Assembly (NCBI GenBank): GCA_040954595.2
Contig: CM082598.2
Location: forward strand, 3,654,565-3,718,564
DNA: 64,000 nucleotides
Reading direction: 5' to 3'
Origin: Balanoglossus misakiensis
Taxonomy: Eukaryota > Animalia > Hemichordata
The position numbers were made by a program, and so were the translations under genes. Shown in pieces: positions 13,861 to 27,152 of the stretch (position 1 is its first letter; each line of letters begins with the position of its first letter). The notes beneath the pieces are model-generated. The model had not been told where the DNA came from. It saw nothing but the letters and a program-made list of their open reading frames with translations, and searched no databases.

Positions 13861-16790
13861 GTATTGGCGGACACCCTCTAATTTGGGGAAAATGCAGCAA
13901 ACTTGTTATCACAATAAAATAATTTGAATTTGTTATGTAAACTATTGAATACTGCATCAGAAATACACAGAAACACTGAAATGCATGGTTTTAGCAAAAA
14001 CAGAACTAAAATAATTTTGAACAAACACAAATTTGTCCCTTCAAATACAGCTCTTGAGAAACCTGAATTGAAACTATCATTCTTGTTCATCTGACAGTCC
14101 AGCAGCATTAATAAAACAAGCATTTAATTCCCATTTACAACATTACAGACCAAAATTCATAAGTATTAATCCATTGATTGAAAGCACCACTTAAATCTTA
14201 ATATTATTCAAAGCTTGACTCCATGGTCAAATTCTAAATGGGCTTACGTAAAATCAGGAGGTGAGATAACTTATTAGTTATGAGCAAAAATTTGCTGGCA
14301 ATCAAAATATTAAAATTACAAACATACTTCATTATTCCAAATATAGGAAAAATAACTCCAGTTTTTAGTTTTATAATAATCTCGTAAAATAAATAAAAAA
14401 ATATTTTTTAAATCTGTTTCAAGTTAAATGCTTTATTACATATGTATCTTCATTCAATATATTCTGGCATGATTGTTTTAATTGCATTGTGCATAGTAAG
14501 GCATGCGCCTAGTAAGATATGATAGAAACATGCAAAAGGCATATTTACTCTAGGAGACTTGGCTATACTACAATGTACGGTTCACTATTGAGCTATGATA
14601 TTCAATTATGGCCAAAACTCCTTAAATATCGACTTCTTTTAAAATGTTAAATATATTTTTTGATAAGAACAGATGTGATTATTATTAAAACAAGCCTGTT
14701 ATAACCACCCTCTCTGTCTACCCATCCAAAAGTAGTTCCAGCTCATAATTTTTTTCATTTCAAAAGTGTACTTGAAGGACAGAGCAGGTTATTAGCAGGA
14801 CATACAGCACTAATTAACAGGCGGTCCTCGGAGATAAGCTTGGATCAAAACGTTTTTAAGAGCTAAAATCAAGGATTTTCACATTATCGTCAGGCGTTAT
14901 CATTTCTGTTTGATAACACTGATGACTTGCAGTCCATTAGCACAACGCTTCTGAGAGATTGGGTTTTTTTCCGGGATTGTCAACAGGGCCAATCGGGAAA
15001 AACTCCCGGAAGCCAGCCAGACCACAGGAAGAACTGAACAACAATTAAACTACATTCAGTCCTAGTCAGAATTATTTTTAAACATCTGACTCTAAGATGT
15101 GATCTAGACTGTTATATTTGCATTAAAAAAGCACACAGTGAAAATTATCGCATCTTGTCGTTTGGACGAGGAGTACATTTACCAATTTTGTTTCGACTTT
15201 TGTGTTGTTATCAGTGATTGCAAGCTACCTCAATACACTTCACACAGCTGATGATTATATCATTGATAAATTTTAGTCAATTTCATCAAAATTTTGGAGA
15301 ATTATTTTTTTTTTTTTGTAGTTTGACTGATGTGTGTTATCGTTACAACGTGTCATTGAACCAGCTGTGTGTCAAAGCGACTTATCATGACATACAATCA
15401 CTGATAAATACATCAGGGTGGAACACAAAATTGAACGTCCTTCGGGTCCAAACCGCAAGCTGCGATAATTTCTGTTGCAGAACTATTTTTGAATTTAGGC
15501 CAGCTGAAAAATTTCTGTAGCCACAACACACACAACACATTTCATTGTGTTCTATTGTGTAATATCTAGGCCGCATACTAAAAATATTACCAGTCACAAT
15601 AAAGGTTGGCAGACTATACCAACTTTTCCCATATTTCCAGCTCCTATCAAAACAGATCTAAGCCAGTGCAATTTCTTGATAACCAGGCAGACCATATCTA
15701 ACATTTTAGTTCAACATTCTCAAGTTTACCGGTTTCAACAGCCACTAACAAAAAGACTCTCTTTTCAACTATATCCTTGAAATACAGGGATTAAAGCCTG
15801 ATAAAAAAAGTGGTGTCGAATGTTTTAGTTCAGGAAAAGTCACCAGTCATGTCAAAAGTACTGCACTCTCTGACCAAGAAATTCTTTCCACATATCTAAG
15901 CAAGCATCGCATGAATGTATGATGGGGGGTTGGACGTACTGTACCAGCATTTATAGTTTTGCAGGCGCTTATCTTTGTCTCATGCGTCAAACAACACGAC
16001 GTGGGTGAGCACAGTTGTTGCGGGCATATGCAATTTAGTACAAGCACCTTTGGTTTGAAATAAAACACATCCATGAGATGAGTCGAGCCTGGGGGATAAA
16101 TAATTTAATATCAAACCCCTGGCCAAGCCAGCAGTGTACTAGCACATTTTTATGATTATTGGTTTCGGGTAGACGAGAAAAAAATGAACATCACCCGGGG
16201 CCCTAGGAAAATGAAGATCAGTGTAAGGCGATCGTGTAAAAAATTCATAAAATACGCCAAGATCCAGGGCTATCTGCCGAGCAGAAATGAACAACGCGAC
16301 GTGAATTATTACCGGCGTAGCAAGCGCTAACGAACGCAGCAAGTGAAAGTTTAGTCCACGCCTGTTCATCACAAACATGAAACAACGTGCTATTGTTGAA
16401 ACTGACATGCTGGTCTGTTGTGAGCGCAATCGCTGTGTATGTTTCTGCTGTCTGTCGTTGTTTACAACAACAAAAGGGGAAATCGATCGATGATCCCGGC
16501 CGCTTATGTTCCCAGATTTGATCAATCTGGCCTCACCAATTGTTTTGGGGATAGGGGGGTTATTTAGGTCAAAGGTTAAGGTTAGCAGAAGGCGCAGCCG
16601 GCCGAGATGCAGACGACAGATAGATACGCTTGTGTACGTCATGCACGGAGTTCAGTCGCGACGCCCTGAGTAACGTTCCAATAAAACATTTGGAGTTAAA
16701 TTACTGGTGGGTAGAAAGTAATAGCTGCATGAACTGGAATGGTAGAAAATTTGCCTTCAAGGGAAAATAGAAATTCAAGTTGGTACTTAC

Positions 16791-17137
16791 ACGGTGAAAT
16801 GGTAAACAAAACATTTCCACCCAGTCGGTCGTTCAAGAAAATTGTACACTCTCCCTTGACAGCTAGTCCGTACGTGGGGCTTTGTCGGCGCTAAGGCATA
16901 AGAATATTTCGACTGGAAATCGCGTTCGGTGAACGTGGTGGCCACACTCGGCCGATACTCCAGCCCGCAACTGTGATCCGACGTCGAGCTCCCGAAATCA
17001 GGCTGGATACAGCTGGCCGTTGAACTCTTGTTGGAAACTTCGCTGGCTTTGCGGTTCACCTTCGATTTCTTCGCGGCGTTGATGCCCGCTACTGGCGCGG
17101 AGGGGACGCCGGCTCGGTCGGGGATCTCGGCGGACAT
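16791..17137 (-). CDS. KCNQ1: Voltage-gated K+ channel KCNQ1 (Kv7.1)-like, coding exon 1; rest of gene lies left of the window
   Basis: Translates [10 protein letters not shown]...[27 protein letters not shown], nearly identical to KCNQ1 '[23 protein letters not shown]'. Ends in a phase-2 GT|GTAAGT donor at the same position as vertebrate KCNQ1 exon 1. No exon 2 (S1-S2) found in 1-16790. Confidence 0.92.
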
Positions 17138-17264
17138 AGTCAGTGGTTTTTTTTCTCCCGGCTCACATGATAGAAAAGTTCCCCTGAGGACACCGGGCAC
17201 TCGTCACCTCGCAGTGGGCGAAGTCGTGTCGCGTTCAGCGCACGGCATAGGGCGAGAATCTCCC

Positions 17265-17420
17265 GGAGTATATAAAGTCACGCGTGTCTCTTCAGTACAG
17301 GGTGACTTCTCTAAGCGCGCATGCAAATGACTTGTGAAATCGACATGCGGCACACGAGCGCAACTTTGCCATGAATAATCCATTAATTAAACAGCCAATG
17401 GGAGTGCAGTACATCGACGG
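17265..17420. promoter_or_regulatory. KCNQ1 proximal promoter region
   Basis: CpG-rich stretch upstream of exon 1 with TATATAAAG (17269-17277), octamer ATGCAAAT (17321-17328), TAAT homeodomain cores (~17376-17390) and a CCAAT box (~17395). Confidence 0.45.
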
Positions 17421-18650
17421 CGCGGCGCGCTCTCCTACCAGCATCTAAACCACTTTTCCTGTTTGCCACAGCTCTGTATCGGCCTTTACGAAACCTCCCA
17501 TGTCATCAACTTATTTTTGCGTGTACGGAAACCCACCATCAGTATTCCAGTCACGCAAAACACATAGCTAACAGGAAGCCAGATTCCTTCTTTGTCGCTG
17601 TGTCGCGCGCATTAATGACCAGAAACGTAACAGCGGCAAGTTCTAACGCGTACGACACGTTGTGAGCTTGTCTGACGTTCCACCCAATTAATTGCCGGTG
17701 CCATTACAAATAAAAACACTGATATTTTAGTTCAAGGGGGAAATATTAAATAAGTCTAAGTGTCTTTCATGTACAATCGAGTATCAAATACATGGTTTTC
17801 TTATAACTAACACACAGCTCAGCACACTCGTATAGGTAAGTTCAAAAACAACTTTTCGACAGAACTGAAAAAAAAAAAAACGATAGGCCTAGACGCGTGT
17901 TTTTGGAGTGATGTGGGCAGTGACCAGAAACAGTCACGTGTCTTCTTTTTTCTAAACCAGGAATACTTATGTGATCGGATGCAACCATGGTAACACCCAT
18001 GGTCATGACGCGGCTTGGCTTCTTATCAGAGAGAACGCGATTTTTGGCTCCTATAAGAAACAAGACGAACGCATGTAGATAGATTTTCACTTAGGCGGCC
18101 ACGCGAAAAACGCGCGCCGCCACACTGTCATAGGAAAGTAAATAACAAGGGACAAACACGTTGATGATTTTAAGCTGCGGTTTTGTTACTAGTAAAATCC
18201 GATGAAGAGGAGAGACATTTGTCGGCATTGCGCAATATTGAAGTTGCGCGTCTCTTTCAGTTTACGGATCACACGCATGACGCATCAAGATAAAAACAGT
18301 TAGGCAGGGAGTTTGCATTTGGACATCCACCCCCAACGGCTTCAGAAACCGAAACCCGCACACCCGAAGGGAGATTTCGCTGAGTTGGTGAAAACGTGAC
18401 TGGCGATAATGTTTCGGTTTTGATTATTTTGTACTCGATCACGAGCCTGAAGCAACTGCAAGGCGCTGGCAATTTACAATCTGCACAGTTACTAGGCAAC
18501 GCTAATTACAGCCTTGCACAATTCCCCATCCTTCCGGTCTTCCGTGTATTGATCCAAGAATAACACATTTTCTACAAATTATCTGTATTTAGTGTGTCGT
18601 CTATAGTACGTCGTTTGTATGTACATATGTATTAATTATAACGCACGCAC

Positions 18651-18773
18651 GTATGTATGTATGTATGTATGTATGTATGTATGTATGTATGTATGTATGT
18701 ATGTATGTATGTATGTATGTATGTATGTATGTATGTATGTATGTATGTATGTATGTATGTATGTATGTATGTA
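18651..18773. repeat. (TATG)n microsatellite
   Basis: About 30 perfect units. Confidence 0.98.
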
Positions 18774-21123
18774 GAGAGACTTTCGTGTCTGACGACAACT
18801 TTCCTTTCATGATCAGGGACGAGACCCTTGACAACCGGCGCGTAGCTAGGTGTGTGTAATATCGGAGACCATACACAACCTGTTGCTGCTCCTGATAGTT
18901 GTCACTGAGGGCGTTACACTCCCTGTCTTTGAGCATCGTCAGAATCCCACGTACACAAATACATTCGCTGGCTTCCAACCCGATATAATAAATGCATTTT
19001 GTTTGCACCTGAGCCTCGGAAAATTTCTCTGTTTTTCAATCGAACACTTCTTAACAACTGCATCACTTTCAGTATCCCATTTCTCTTCTGCAGAGACAAA
19101 AAGTATACTTAACGCCATTATTTGAAATGAAAGACTCGTATATACGAAGTGCCCCAAGTTCAAGGTTTACGACTTTAATTTCCGAATAGGGAATATCACT
19201 ATCGTGCTAATTATCTTAAAGTTGGTGCTGTCGGTCGGTCACGTGGGGTACTAAAAAGTTGGTTATCTGGACGGCATGCAAGATATCCCGAACTTCTAGT
19301 TCCCGCTGGGATATGTAGCATCTGTGAGGGGTTGTTGTTTCAACTCTTGTTTAATACTTGCATGGCACGTGTACTTTTCGGAAAATTCAATACCGACAAA
19401 TATAAATTTCTTATTTAGAATTGAAAGATGCATTTAAGCCGTCCCAAAGATGTTATCATTCGCGAGCGATTAGTGTCGCGGAAGATAATACGCATCACGT
19501 GAAAGCGAGCATGTAATTACAATTTTTGTTTTGATAAAATAGGAGATAAAACTTCCCTGTATTAAAAATTGACATTATGATTGATTGTGATGTTGTTTTT
19601 ATATCCAGATTCATAATTGTTGAATTAGACACCTGTACCCTTAGACTCGTTTGCAACGAAGAGTTTTGTTGTGTTTGCGTGTCATGCGCATTTTAAAATC
19701 AACTATATATGATCCTAACTGAGCTAAAGAGAAAGTTCTGGTATATCTAGATATGATGATGTAATGTGTGCAAGGTTACAGGGTGGATTAGAAAATCGAA
19801 GACGCAAACGACCCTTCTTAATAACGTCAACGATAGCTCTAATCGATACTGTTGCCACTGAAACTATACTGCCGATGACTTTTAATGGAATAAGAGCTCG
19901 CTTTGCTTTGATTGTCTGATCATGCAGGTTTTATGATTCAGCAAATATTGAAGACTCTAAAAAGTTTTTCTGTCTGTCTCTGAGTCCTTTGTAACACGGT
20001 CAATCCGTGTTGTTCGTGACTAAGTATCTCAAACAGTTTGGTTTAGTGAATATTTGACTCGAAATCACAGTAGGCACTTTCCGAATGCGACGGGTCTTAA
20101 AACACGTAGCGTCAGCGAGAAGCGATGCGTGATCCCCGGCGCAGACGATCATGATCGCCCGGGAAGAAAAAACTCGCTCGTGCGTAATTTCGACCGACGT
20201 TAATTATATGCAGAGGCACGAGGGAAAAAAAGTCATTTGATTTCTGGGAATGGGGTTGAGGATTTGTGTATGTCAGATTTTTTTCTGCCAGCAATTTTTT
20301 TATTCGACTGCAAGACCACCTTCCCCAAAAGTCTCATGCAGGGTTCATCAATTAAGCTACCATATTTCAACCGTGATTAGACGATTCTTCGAGCACTCTC
20401 AGAAATTAGCAAACTCTCCGAATTTTACCGTAAATCATAGTCTACAGCCGACAGCTAATCGGACAAGAAAATCTTCTCCTATCTTTTAATGCATGAAACT
20501 GCATCAACGATTATTTTTATTAAAACGAAATTTGTCACTGTCATTAAAGTTTAATAATTTTTGAAAACAAAGTGGGGTACAAAAATGTATCATTGCCCCC
20601 ATGTAATTATGCCTGTCGTAGGCCTATTTCTTAATTCTTTCTAAATAATCGCAGCGCTGTCTCCATGACAACTTCTAACATCAGGACGGGTTGCTAGAAC
20701 CTACAGAACCAAAATTATATCGTATAACTTTGCTTGCACTGGGTAAGCTAAAGCGTACGTTTGCCGCCAAAATATAGCAACTGTTTTGCGACAGTGCCGA
20801 TGGACACGAAAGAGTTACCGAACTGATTCAAAAAGTGTTGTCGTGACTGAAGCTTCCGATACAGCCGGCATAAATTCCTCTGAAAGCTAGGGCGGGTCAT
20901 GTTTTTGCATGAAACCCGCGCGGAACCTATTACGTTCTACCTCAGAGCGTTTCTCCGACAAAGTCCACTCTGTCGACGCTTTCAAATACGCACGCCCCGA
21001 AGACAGGTAGGAGAACGCGGCCTGCCCATCTCGAGAGGAAATTAAAGAGAAAATTGTGCAGAGACCGGATTTTCTGTGAACTCGTGGATTTGAAACCGTA
21101 GGCAATGCAGGAAATGTGTTGTG

Positions 21124-21261
21124 CTCTCTCTCTCTCTCTCTCTCTTTCATTCTCTCTCACTCTCTCTCTCATTCTCATTCTCTGTCTCTCTCTCTGTCTC
21201 TCTGTCTCTCTCTGTCTCTCTCTCTCTCTCTTTCATTCTCTCTCACTCTCTCTCTCTCATT

Positions 21262-21349
<88 letters not shown>

Positions 21350-21390
21350 GTCGCTGTCTCTGTCTCTCTCTCTCTCACTCTCTCTCTCTC

Positions 21391-21441
<51 letters not shown>
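21124..21441. repeat. Compound (TC)n + (GAT)n microsatellite
   Basis: Imperfect TC tract 21124-21390 directly abutting 17 GAT units. Confidence 0.98.
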
Positions 21442-22763
21442 AAATCATAAAAAAAAACAAAGAACACGGAAAAGAATGCTATCTTATGCTATATAAATAG
21501 TCTGTAGTCTTTGTTTTGTTCTAGAAAACTCGACCCCCTACTTCCCGGCGAGCGACTATTGTAATCCCGGCATCTCTGTACTCTCGATAGTTCTGATACA
21601 CATATAAGCTATTTTACGGGAGACTGGTTGATGCAATCCCCTTTCAGACATAAATCTTTGTACAAGGATAAATCATGCGTTTCTTTGTCGTAATCAGTTC
21701 CGCCGATCGGTTCGGTGGACTCTCTCGCTGTCTTGTTTGTTCCACGAGAGAGATAGGCTGCGATTCGTAATCGTCAAGCGAAAGGAAAAGGACACAAACG
21801 TGAACAAGATAAGTCAAAGGCCTCAGTTGGAGGGCCCTGGTCTGCGATAGTTATCAATAACACAACCAGGATGTCACGTTGAGGGTTTCGCGTCAAGATG
21901 CTCGAAAGGTTGGATGTCACGTCGTTCGAGTATCGTTCGGTTTGAAAGTTGAACGTTAAAGGGTCATTTAGCTGTAGTGGCTAAAACGCAGCGTTGGTTC
22001 TGCTGTTCATCAAGTTTAGTTTAATATCTCGTTAGATTACACTCTGCTTTTGAACGTAGCTTTGTATGTGTATATTATATAATGTAGGCCGATGTCAATT
22101 CGGTCGTCCGTTTGTTGCTTGTTCATCAGTCTGGGTTCCTGTGATTAAATCAGAAAATTTTTAATCTTTTACATTTTCGGGAAGAACCGTATTCTTTGTT
22201 GCAAACGCCAGACCGCACACGATTCCAGAACACAAGAGAAGGCAGTGATTTAGCTAGCTGGACTAGTAGCTAAGGCCTACTCCATCGATAGAGTGACGGC
22301 GGAAGTTCTTGCCACGTTCGATTACACGCGCGCCTCTGTTAGGAGGGCAGTGATGTAGCGGGGCGCACGTGGCGATCACGGTGATTTTGACTGAAGAGCC
22401 TAATCGAGTCAGGAGAAGGCACGGGTGATTCATCAAACGAGAGATTGCCTCTTGCCGCCAGGAGAAGAAGCTCAGCCTATCTCATTCACTTTTTTTTTCT
22501 GAGAAGATAAAAGGGGAAAGTGGTATCTCCCGAGGGAATTGTTTTAACCCTGGCAAAGAAGCATGACATGTCAAGCATCATTATTTTGCCATCGGTATGC
22601 ACTTTTTGCGATGTTTAGCAGACCGGCTATGTTATATTTAGACGGTGGTGTGTCTTTGTGTCGTGACTGTGTAGCGACGCAGCGGTCGTATCCATCCATC
22701 TCGCGATGCTACATCATGTGATCAAGATCGTCACTGCAAAATTGCCTTGTACGTCAATCCAGG

Positions 22764-22890
22764 TCCATCCATCCACGCATGCGTCCATCCATCATCAATC
22801 AACATCCATACATCCATCCACCCACCCACCCACCAATTCATGCATCTATCTATCCATCAACATCCATCCATCCGACCAACCAACCAACCA
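22764..22890. repeat. Degenerate (CCAT/CCAC/CCAA)n tract
   Basis: Mixed tetranucleotide units. Confidence 0.7.
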
Positions 22891-23514
22891 TACTGACTAC
22901 ACCCCCTGTTGGTCACACTTACAGACTCCAAGTACTCGTGCAACAACTGTAAAAGAGTTTCCTTACTTTTATAATTTGAACCGAACGGTTCGCTGGTGTG
23001 GTTCCCATCTACACGCCGCTGGCTCTTAGCGCAGCGCACCCAGCGGTGGGAATCGGGACAGGGGGCGAGACTGCATGAACGTCTGTCATTGACCGCTGCT
23101 TCGCGTTGTTCAAGACTCACTGAATCGCGGGCTTTAATTATTCAAGCCTTTCTCTATCCTTCAGAGTATTAAAATACAAGATTCCATTACATCTAGTTTA
23201 CTCGTCAGTTTACAGAGAACACCTTTTTAATACTCTGGTATAGGCCTAACGTTTTCTTGTTCACGATTTCATCAGTGACTCTATCTTCTGCTTTTTTATT
23301 GGATGCTACACATAAATCTTTTTTCTTGCTAGATTATCCTGAGGATGCAATCTTCGAAAGGTTCTGTTAGTTTAGGTGAAATTGAAACCAACGCAGACCC
23401 GGAAATTCCCTCGGGACAATGTGCACTTCCATTGTCGTGTTCTTCGGCAAAACGGGGTATTTTTGTCTACTGAAGTGAAACCGGTGTTGAACCATTAACA
23501 AGCAAGCAAACATG

Positions 23515-23634
23515 TGAGTGGATGAGTGAATGAATGAATGAATGAATGAATGAATGAATGAATGAATGAATGAATGAATGAATGAGTGAGTGAGTGAGTG
23601 AATGAATGAATGAATGAATGAATGAATGAATGAA
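23515..23634. repeat. (TGAA/TGAG)n microsatellite
   Basis: Directly visible. Confidence 0.97.
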
Positions 23635-23668
23635 AAGACCAGAGTTTCTGATTTCAAATAAACTTTTT

Positions 23669-23674
23669 TTTATT
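23669..23674 (-). terminator. Probable MDM polyadenylation signal (3' UTR ~1.4 kb)
   Basis: AATAAA on - strand at the end of an AU-rich tract, followed by U-rich sequence and a composition change at the (TGAA)n repeat. Confidence 0.4.
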
Positions 23675-24984
23675 TTAACATATGTACATGACAATACTGC
23701 TGTTAATGTAAACAAAACCAGAACCAGAACTTTTCCTATTATGGTAAAATGACTTCCAAATATGGATAAATTTCACGTCGATATTTAAATAATGGACAGT
23801 GTCATTGCCACTCAGCCAATCACGACTAATCCTTGAATTATTCAAATTAAATTGGGATCATACGGTTGATACCATTGGTGGTTTGTCAAGTAACCAAGGT
23901 AACTAGCACTTCCTTAATGAAAAGAGTAAACTGCACTCAAACAGAATACTTTTCTTCTACTACTAGTAATCAAATTCTGACAAATACTTGGAAACAACAC
24001 CTCTTTTGAACAGTAATTTCTACACTGGCCATTTTTCTGAAACCATTTCGTAACAGTGGTTTTAAAGGACGCAAAAACCAACTATTGACTGTCTTTCAAC
24101 CATTATTTCTAAGATAGATCAAATAATATACCTAAATCAATAACAGCCAAGTTTTCTTAACACCAATATTTAACAATTGCGAAACTATCCTACAGTGGTT
24201 AAATACAAGGAAAAAAGACCTTTGTATTGCACTGTTTGAAACAGCTACGTTCCCCATTTCTCTGTCCAAGTGGTACGATCCAGTGCACCAACCGGGCCAT
24301 ACCACTTAAGAAAAGGGGACACAGGCTGTCACTCCTGCTTAAAATTGCCACAATACAAGACTGATGCATAGGTGATTTAAAAACATAAATGTCTGTAGGA
24401 AATCTCTCAGTAGTTCATATTTGTAAAACAATCATTTGCAGACTCCAGAAATTCATAATGTCACTGATTTTTGAAATTCAAATAAATGTAAAATTTATAG
24501 TTCTGCACGATTGATGCCAAAGCTCTTCATAGGACGATGGCGAGCGCCCTCAGGTGGCAAACCTTTTAATCGTTTGTTTTAGACGCTGCTGTTTCATTTT
24601 TCTGAGATTTTTCAAATTTGTGAAAAGCATTGTAAAAAATTTTCAATTAAATATATTTGCAATGTAGTGATAATCTTACCACTAGACTTTCTGAACAAAT
24701 GTCACTCAAAAAAACAAAAACAAAAAAACAATTTTGCACAAGTTTGTTTTCTGAAATTGTACTTTCACCATAAATTACGAGTAAACAGAGCATGTTTAGA
24801 GTAATATTTGACACCAAATTTTTTTCATTTCTTGGAAAATTCGGCAGAAAAAAATGGGTAGAAGAACTTAGATCAGACTAAGGACTTTCTATATAAAATT
24901 AATCTTCAAACAGAAAATGTGACTTTCTAAATTTGAAATTATATGCTGACAGACTTTAAACTAGCCAAAACACTGTGTCAGAAC

Positions 24985-25006
24985 AAACATGTCAACGAAC
25001 ATGTTT
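24985..25006. promoter_or_regulatory. p53-like element in MDM 3' UTR
   Basis: AAACATGTCA ac GAACATGTTT, 19/20 match with 2-bp spacer, ~75 nt past the stop codon. Confidence 0.35.
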
Positions 25007-25080
25007 GCGTAATTACCTCCGTTAAATAAACAAGTTTGAAAATAGTTTGAAAGTCAATAAATAAGGCACTGGTGTGTGTT

Positions 25081-26177
25081 TTAGATGAGGAAGTTTTTGA
25101 TGACGAACTGGATTGGGCGTCGGCAAACCGGGCACGGTTTCCCGTGGCGACGCAACTTCTTGGCGCAGGAGTAGCAGCAGACTTGGTGGCCGGTGCGGCC
25201 GTGGATGATGCTGCCGGTTTTGGGTCGCGTGAGACAGATCATGCACTGGTCGCTGAAGACCCGGGGGTCACGCGACGTTGGCCGCGTCGTCGAGGGTCCC
25301 GGTTGCGGGGTCGGGATGGAGCGGGACGTCGATGGGGCGGACGCCGGCGCTGGATACGATTTCGTCGGTGATGAGGATAACTCAGGTTGAGGGCGCTCTA
25401 CAGGCACCCCACCGCTGGACGTCGACGTCTCGCTTTGGAACGCGGGCATGTGGACGCCCGAGTCCTCCTGCCCCGCCCGCCTCATTCTCATCAACGGGGA
25501 AAGTTCGTCGACGCAGCCAGATGCATGATGGGAGGAGTGATGATCGTCCTGGGACTGGGGTGACATGGTGCTCCCGGAAGACTCGGGTCTCAAGGTAACC
25601 GGAGAGGGGTGCTTTGGGGTCCCCGAATTTCCGCCGAGATTTCCCCCGGCCTGTCTGCCTTTTCCAAGCTCCGAGTCACCGGGTGTGGGCAAATCTAAAT
25701 CCAGCTTCAAGCCATGGGGTGAGCTCCCTCTTATTCCGGGAAAGTCTTTGTCGGGCGACGAGCCATCCCGGCTCGTCTTCCGCTTCTTCAGGGGGAGTCG
25801 CTCCGGGGAATCTGGTTCCGGCATGGAACGTTTCGCGGATCGGGGACTTCCCGGGAAAACGCCGGACGATCCTGCTGGACCAGTATCCTTCTCAGAAACG
25901 CCACTGGCATCACCGGACTCAGCACCCGGAACATCCCGCACCACGGCACCTCCCACCGGAAGATTACCGGGAGCGTCCTGCTGCCCCTGTGCCGGCCAGA
26001 TTCCGGCGTCATCCTCGGCCAATCGGACCTCCCTCTCCCCGACAGATTCATCCACGGAACACGTGTCAGCTCCGTCCGGACCACTTGATGAGCTGTCCGG
26101 GAAATCCCGCCCCTTTCCTCTCGACAGCTTCTCAGGAGAACCAGTCTGCGATAGATTTCTTTGCTCCGATGAAATGC
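25081..26177 (-). CDS. MDM2: MDM2/MDM4-family E3 ligase, last coding exon (long S/P/G-rich linker plus C2H2C4 RING)
   Basis: Acceptor ttgttcag|G, phase 1; open frame to CMICLTRPKTGSIIHGRTGHQVCCYSCAKKLRRHGKPCPVCRRPIQFVIKNFLI*, the diagnostic MDM RING and C-terminal tail. Confidence 0.95.
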
Positions 26178-26895
26178 CTGAACAATTGAAGATACACTAT
26201 TGTCAAATCACTGATTTACATTCACATAAATTAAAAAAAAAAAAATTAAATTTTTCCTTCTGTATCTGTTAGCCTGTTTAACACTTTCACTACTATGGTT
26301 CTGTCCATTTTCTGCATAACCCAGCTAACTCAAGAACCCAAGATTTTGTTCTCTACTGTTGAAAATTCTGATTAAAAATAACTAGTTTCCATCGCCTTTC
26401 CGATAATGGAGCCATGGCAATCCATTCTTGTCAACCAGTCCAACAAATTTGACCGAAAATTTACCGACTGACCAAATTTTATAATTTTATCAGTCGTACG
26501 TGTGCATGCCGCGACTAGCTTTTGCAGCTTTGGTCCAGCATTGACACCAGTGATTTGGAAGCATTGATTTTACAGAATGAGGTAATTACAACTGATCAGT
26601 TTTTCCTACAAGCAGTTGATCGCTATCGCTCACCGCCACTAAGCGATTACCAAACATGTTCAGATGACAATGATGATGGTCGTGGTGGTGTAGTGATGAT
26701 GGTTGTTATGACAACTATGAGAATACCAATGAAATGCATGTCTACATAATCATCAAAAATACGAGGAGACAAGTCTCAATAGAAAGCATAGTGTACGGAC
26801 ATTGATTTCAAATAATTTTATTACACGATTTAGATATTTTTCTATTCCACTGTAGTTGCAGTTTTCTGACTTAACATCTATAAAAATCCACTCAC

Positions 26896-27063
26896 CAATA
26901 TCAGGTTCGTCGATACCAGCAACCACAACAGATCCCATTGAAGTTGTCAGCCCGCTGATTGGTTCTCCCGCTATAGTTGGCCTGGGACCATGAATATGGC
27001 CACTCCGTGGTCCTCCATATGCAGATGAAGTTGTCGTTGAGGAAATCCGATGTAAGACTGCAT
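26896..27063 (-). CDS. MDM2: MDM gene, symmetric 168-nt phase 1-1 exon (possible cassette)
   Basis: Strong acceptor ttttcctctctcgtcgtaatcag| and donor G|GTGAGT; open frame (D)AVLHRISSTTT...AGIDEPDI in the required phase. Confidence 0.7.
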
Positions 27064-27152
27064 CTGATTACGACGAGAGAGGAAAAATACAGAATTTGTA
27101 CCTGAAAGTGCACACTCCTCTCTCGTCTACTAATTAAGCAAGGTTCAGTACA

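Noticed and set aside
14700-14760. 'YFWM'-encoding stretch as possible KCNQ1 exon 2
   Set aside because: No S1-S2 homology upstream and no correctly placed donor; looks like a repeat fragment.
21105-21496. SL/ER/poly-D/M/H ORFs (also those at 18601-18859, 23367-23715, 39904-40149)
   Set aside because: Translations of microsatellites.
25565-26272. 235-aa and 191-aa + strand ORFs
   Set aside because: Antisense shadows of the GC-rich MDM last exon; no domain or splice support.
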